Shown here in pieces: positions 52,476 to 54,474 of a stretch of DNA of 54,474 nt. This DNA is from Pseudomonadota bacterium (lineage in GTDB: Bacteria > Pseudomonadota > Gammaproteobacteria > UBA9214). Both the position numbers and the translations under genes were made by a program. Where the stretch lies: contig JARFQV010000025.1 in NCBI GenBank assembly GCA_029287615.1, positions 1-54,474 of the forward strand, given 5' to 3'. The notes under the pieces were generated by a model. It saw only the letters and a list, made by a program, of their open reading frames with translations. It was not told the DNA's origin and ran no database searches. How positions within the stretch are numbered: the first letter of the stretch is position 1; every line of letters starts with the position of its first letter.

Positions 52476-54152
52476 ATGACTGAGAGTTTTGCCGAATTAT
52501 TTGAACAGAGCCTTGCCAACCAGGAAATGCGTCGAGGAGCCATTGTCCATGCAACGGTAATGGACATTCTGAATGATGTGGTTGTCGTCAATGCCGGCCT
52601 GAAATCCGAGGGTATTATCCCTATTGCACAGTTTCGCAATTCGCAGGGCGATCTGGAGGTGCAGGTCGGTGATGATGTAGAGGTTTCACTCGAGGCTATC
52701 GAGGACGGATTTGGTGAGACGCGACTGTCGCGGGAAAAGGCAAAGCGGGAACAGGTCTGGCGGCGACTGGAGGATTCCTTCGAGAAGGACGAGATCGTCA
52801 AGGGAATCATCAATGGCAAGGTCAAGGGTGGTTTTACCGTTGATATCGAGGATATTCGTGCCTTTTTGCCCGGTTCACTCGTCGATGTACGTCCGGTCAG
52901 GGACACCTCCTACCTGGAAGGAAAGGAACTGGAATTCAAGGTCATCAAGCTGGATCAGCGCCGCAACAATGTTGTGGTATCGCGTCGTGCCGTCGTGGAA
53001 TCCGAGTTCAGTGCCGAGCGCGAGGCCCTGCTGGAAAGCCTGCAGGAAGGCATGATGGTCAAGGGTATCGTCAAGAATCTCACTGACTACGGCGTTTTCG
53101 TGGACCTGGGCGGCATAGACGGTCTTCTGCATATCACTGATATGGCATGGAAGCGCGTCAAGCATCCTTCGGAGATTGTCAATGTCGGTGATGAAATCGA
53201 AGTCAAGGTGCTCAAATTCGATCGCGAACGCAATCGTGTGTCACTGGGTCTCAAGCAGCTGGGACAGGACCCCTGGGCAGACCTGGAAAGGCGTTATCCG
53301 GAAAACACCCGCCTGTTCGGCAAGGTCACCAACATCGCCGATTATGGCTGTTTCGTCGAAATCGAGGAAGGTGTGGAAGGTCTGGTACATGTTTCCGAGA
53401 TGGACTGGACCAACAAGAACGTCAATCCATCCAAGATCCTGCACATCAGCCAGGAGGTGGAAGTGGTTGTGCTGGATATCGATGAGGAAAGACGCCGTAT
53501 TTCGCTGGGCATGAAACAGTGTCACCCGAATCCGTGGGATGAATTCGCAGCCACCTACAACAAGAACGACCATGTCAAGGGTACGATCAAGTCGATTACC
53601 GATTTCGGTATTTTCATCGGGCTGGATGGTGGTATCGATGGCCTGATACACCTGTCGGATATTTCCTGGAACATGCCCGGTGAGGAGGCAGTGCGTAATT
53701 ACACCAAGGGTGAAGAAGTAGAGGCGGTAGTCCTGACCGTGGATCCCGAGCGCGAAAGAATTTCCCTTGGCATCAAACAGCTCGACAAGGACCCCTTTTC
53801 CAACTTCGTTGCGGAGCACAGCAAGGGCAGTGTCGTTAAAGGTGTTGTCAGAGAGGTCGATGCAAAAGCTGCAGCAATAGATCTGGGCGATGGTGTGGAA
53901 GGCGTACTGCGGGCCTCTGAACTTTCCCGCGACCGGATTGAGGATGCCCGGTCGGTTCTGAGTCCCGGGGAAGAAATAGAGGCAAAGTTTATCGGTGTGG
54001 ACCGGAAGAACCGCACCATCAGTCTGTCTATCAAGGCCAAGGATTCTGATGAAGAGGCTGCGATGATGGAAGACTACAGCGCCGATTCATCCGAGGCCAC
54101 GACCAATCTGGGCGATGTGCTGAAAAAACAGCTGGAAAACAATGACAATTAG
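52476..54152 (+). CDS. rpsA: 30S ribosomal protein S1
   Basis: [10 protein letters not shown] start, repeated S1 domains; cmk-rpsA-ihfB synteny. Confidence 0.98.
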   Translation: MTESFAELFEQSLANQEMRRGAIVHATVMDILNDVVVVNAGLKSEGIIPIAQFRNSQGDLEVQVGDDVEVSLEAIEDGFGETRLSREKAKREQVWRRLEDSFEKDEIVKGIINGKVKGGFTVDIEDIRAFLPGSLVDVRPVRDTSYLEGKELEFKVIKLDQRRNNVVVSRRAVVESEFSAEREALLESLQEGMMVKGIVKNLTDYGVFVDLGGIDGLLHITDMAWKRVKHPSEIVNVGDEIEVKVLKFDRERNRVSLGLKQLGQDPWADLERRYPENTRLFGKVTNIADYGCFVEIEEGVEGLVHVSEMDWTNKNVNPSKILHISQEVEVVVLDIDEERRRISLGMKQCHPNPWDEFAATYNKNDHVKGTIKSITDFGIFIGLDGGIDGLIHLSDISWNMPGEEAVRNYTKGEEVEAVVLTVDPERERISLGIKQLDKDPFSNFVAEHSKGSVVKGVVREVDAKAAAIDLGDGVEGVLRASELSRDRIEDARSVLSPGEEIEAKFIGVDRKNRTISLSIKAKDSDEEAAMMEDYSADSSEATTNLGDVLKKQLENNDN

Positions 54153-54193
54153 CCACAGTCCCAACGATATACGATGAAAACGGGGTAACTGCG

Positions 54194-54474
54194 ATGACAA
54201 AATCCGAACTGATCGAATTGCTTGCCGCCAAGAACAGCCACCTTAACCAGAAGGATGTCGAACTTGCTGTCAAGGGCTTGCTGGAGCAAATGAGCCAGTC
54301 ACTCGCTACAGGACAGCGAATCGAGATTCGCGGATTCGGTAGTTTCTCCCTTCATTATCGCCCGCCGCGGATTGGCAGGAATCCGAAGACCGGTGACTCG
54401 GTGGCGCTCGCTCCCAAATATGTTCCGCATTTCAAGCCTGGCAAGGAATTGAGGGAGCGGGTCAATTCCAGTCT
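54194..54474 (+). CDS. ihfB: Integration host factor subunit beta (3'-truncated by window edge; absent from the ORF track)
   Basis: Translates as MTKSELIE...[26 protein letters not shown]...[16 protein letters not shown]. Confidence 0.96.
   Translation, partial: MTKSELIELLAAKNSHLNQKDVELAVKGLLEQMSQSLATGQRIEIRGFGSFSLHYRPPRIGRNPKTGDSVALAPKYVPHFKPGKELRERVNSS

Overview
GC-rich gammaproteobacterial chromosome window; a CbbY-like phosphatase and a SoxW-like thioredoxin hint at a sulfur-oxidising autotroph (inference). It opens with the tail of a type VI secretion locus (tssM C-terminus, tagF, PP2C phosphatase, small membrane protein). The rest is mostly conserved housekeeping blocks: dksA, cysZ/FGGY kinase/queF, smc-zipA-ligA, parvulin PPIase-bolA-yciI-yciB, yciV-yciO-S2P-trpS-scpA-scpB-rluB, purT, yciK-rmuC-gph-ubiG-mtaD, an OmpA-family gene, and mtnA-gyrA-serC-serA-pheA-hisC-tyrA-aroA-cmk-rpsA-ihfB. 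I found no tRNA, rRNA, CRISPR array, integrase or transposase, and I cannot support a clearly new multi-gene system. Best leads: (1) a family of short CTAG-flanked MITE-like elements with GGCCTGTTAACA ends that sit on TAG stop codons; (2) a sigma54-type promoter driving a degenerate GGDEF gene, followed by an apparently stand-alone AAA-ATPase N-terminal domain flanked by a 13-bp direct repeat; (3) an orphan FlhG/MinD-like ATPase lacking its signature lysine; (4) a small T6SS-associated membrane protein where the PpkA kinase is often found; (5) several candidate leaderless genes. All family assignments come from motif recognition by eye, not database searches.
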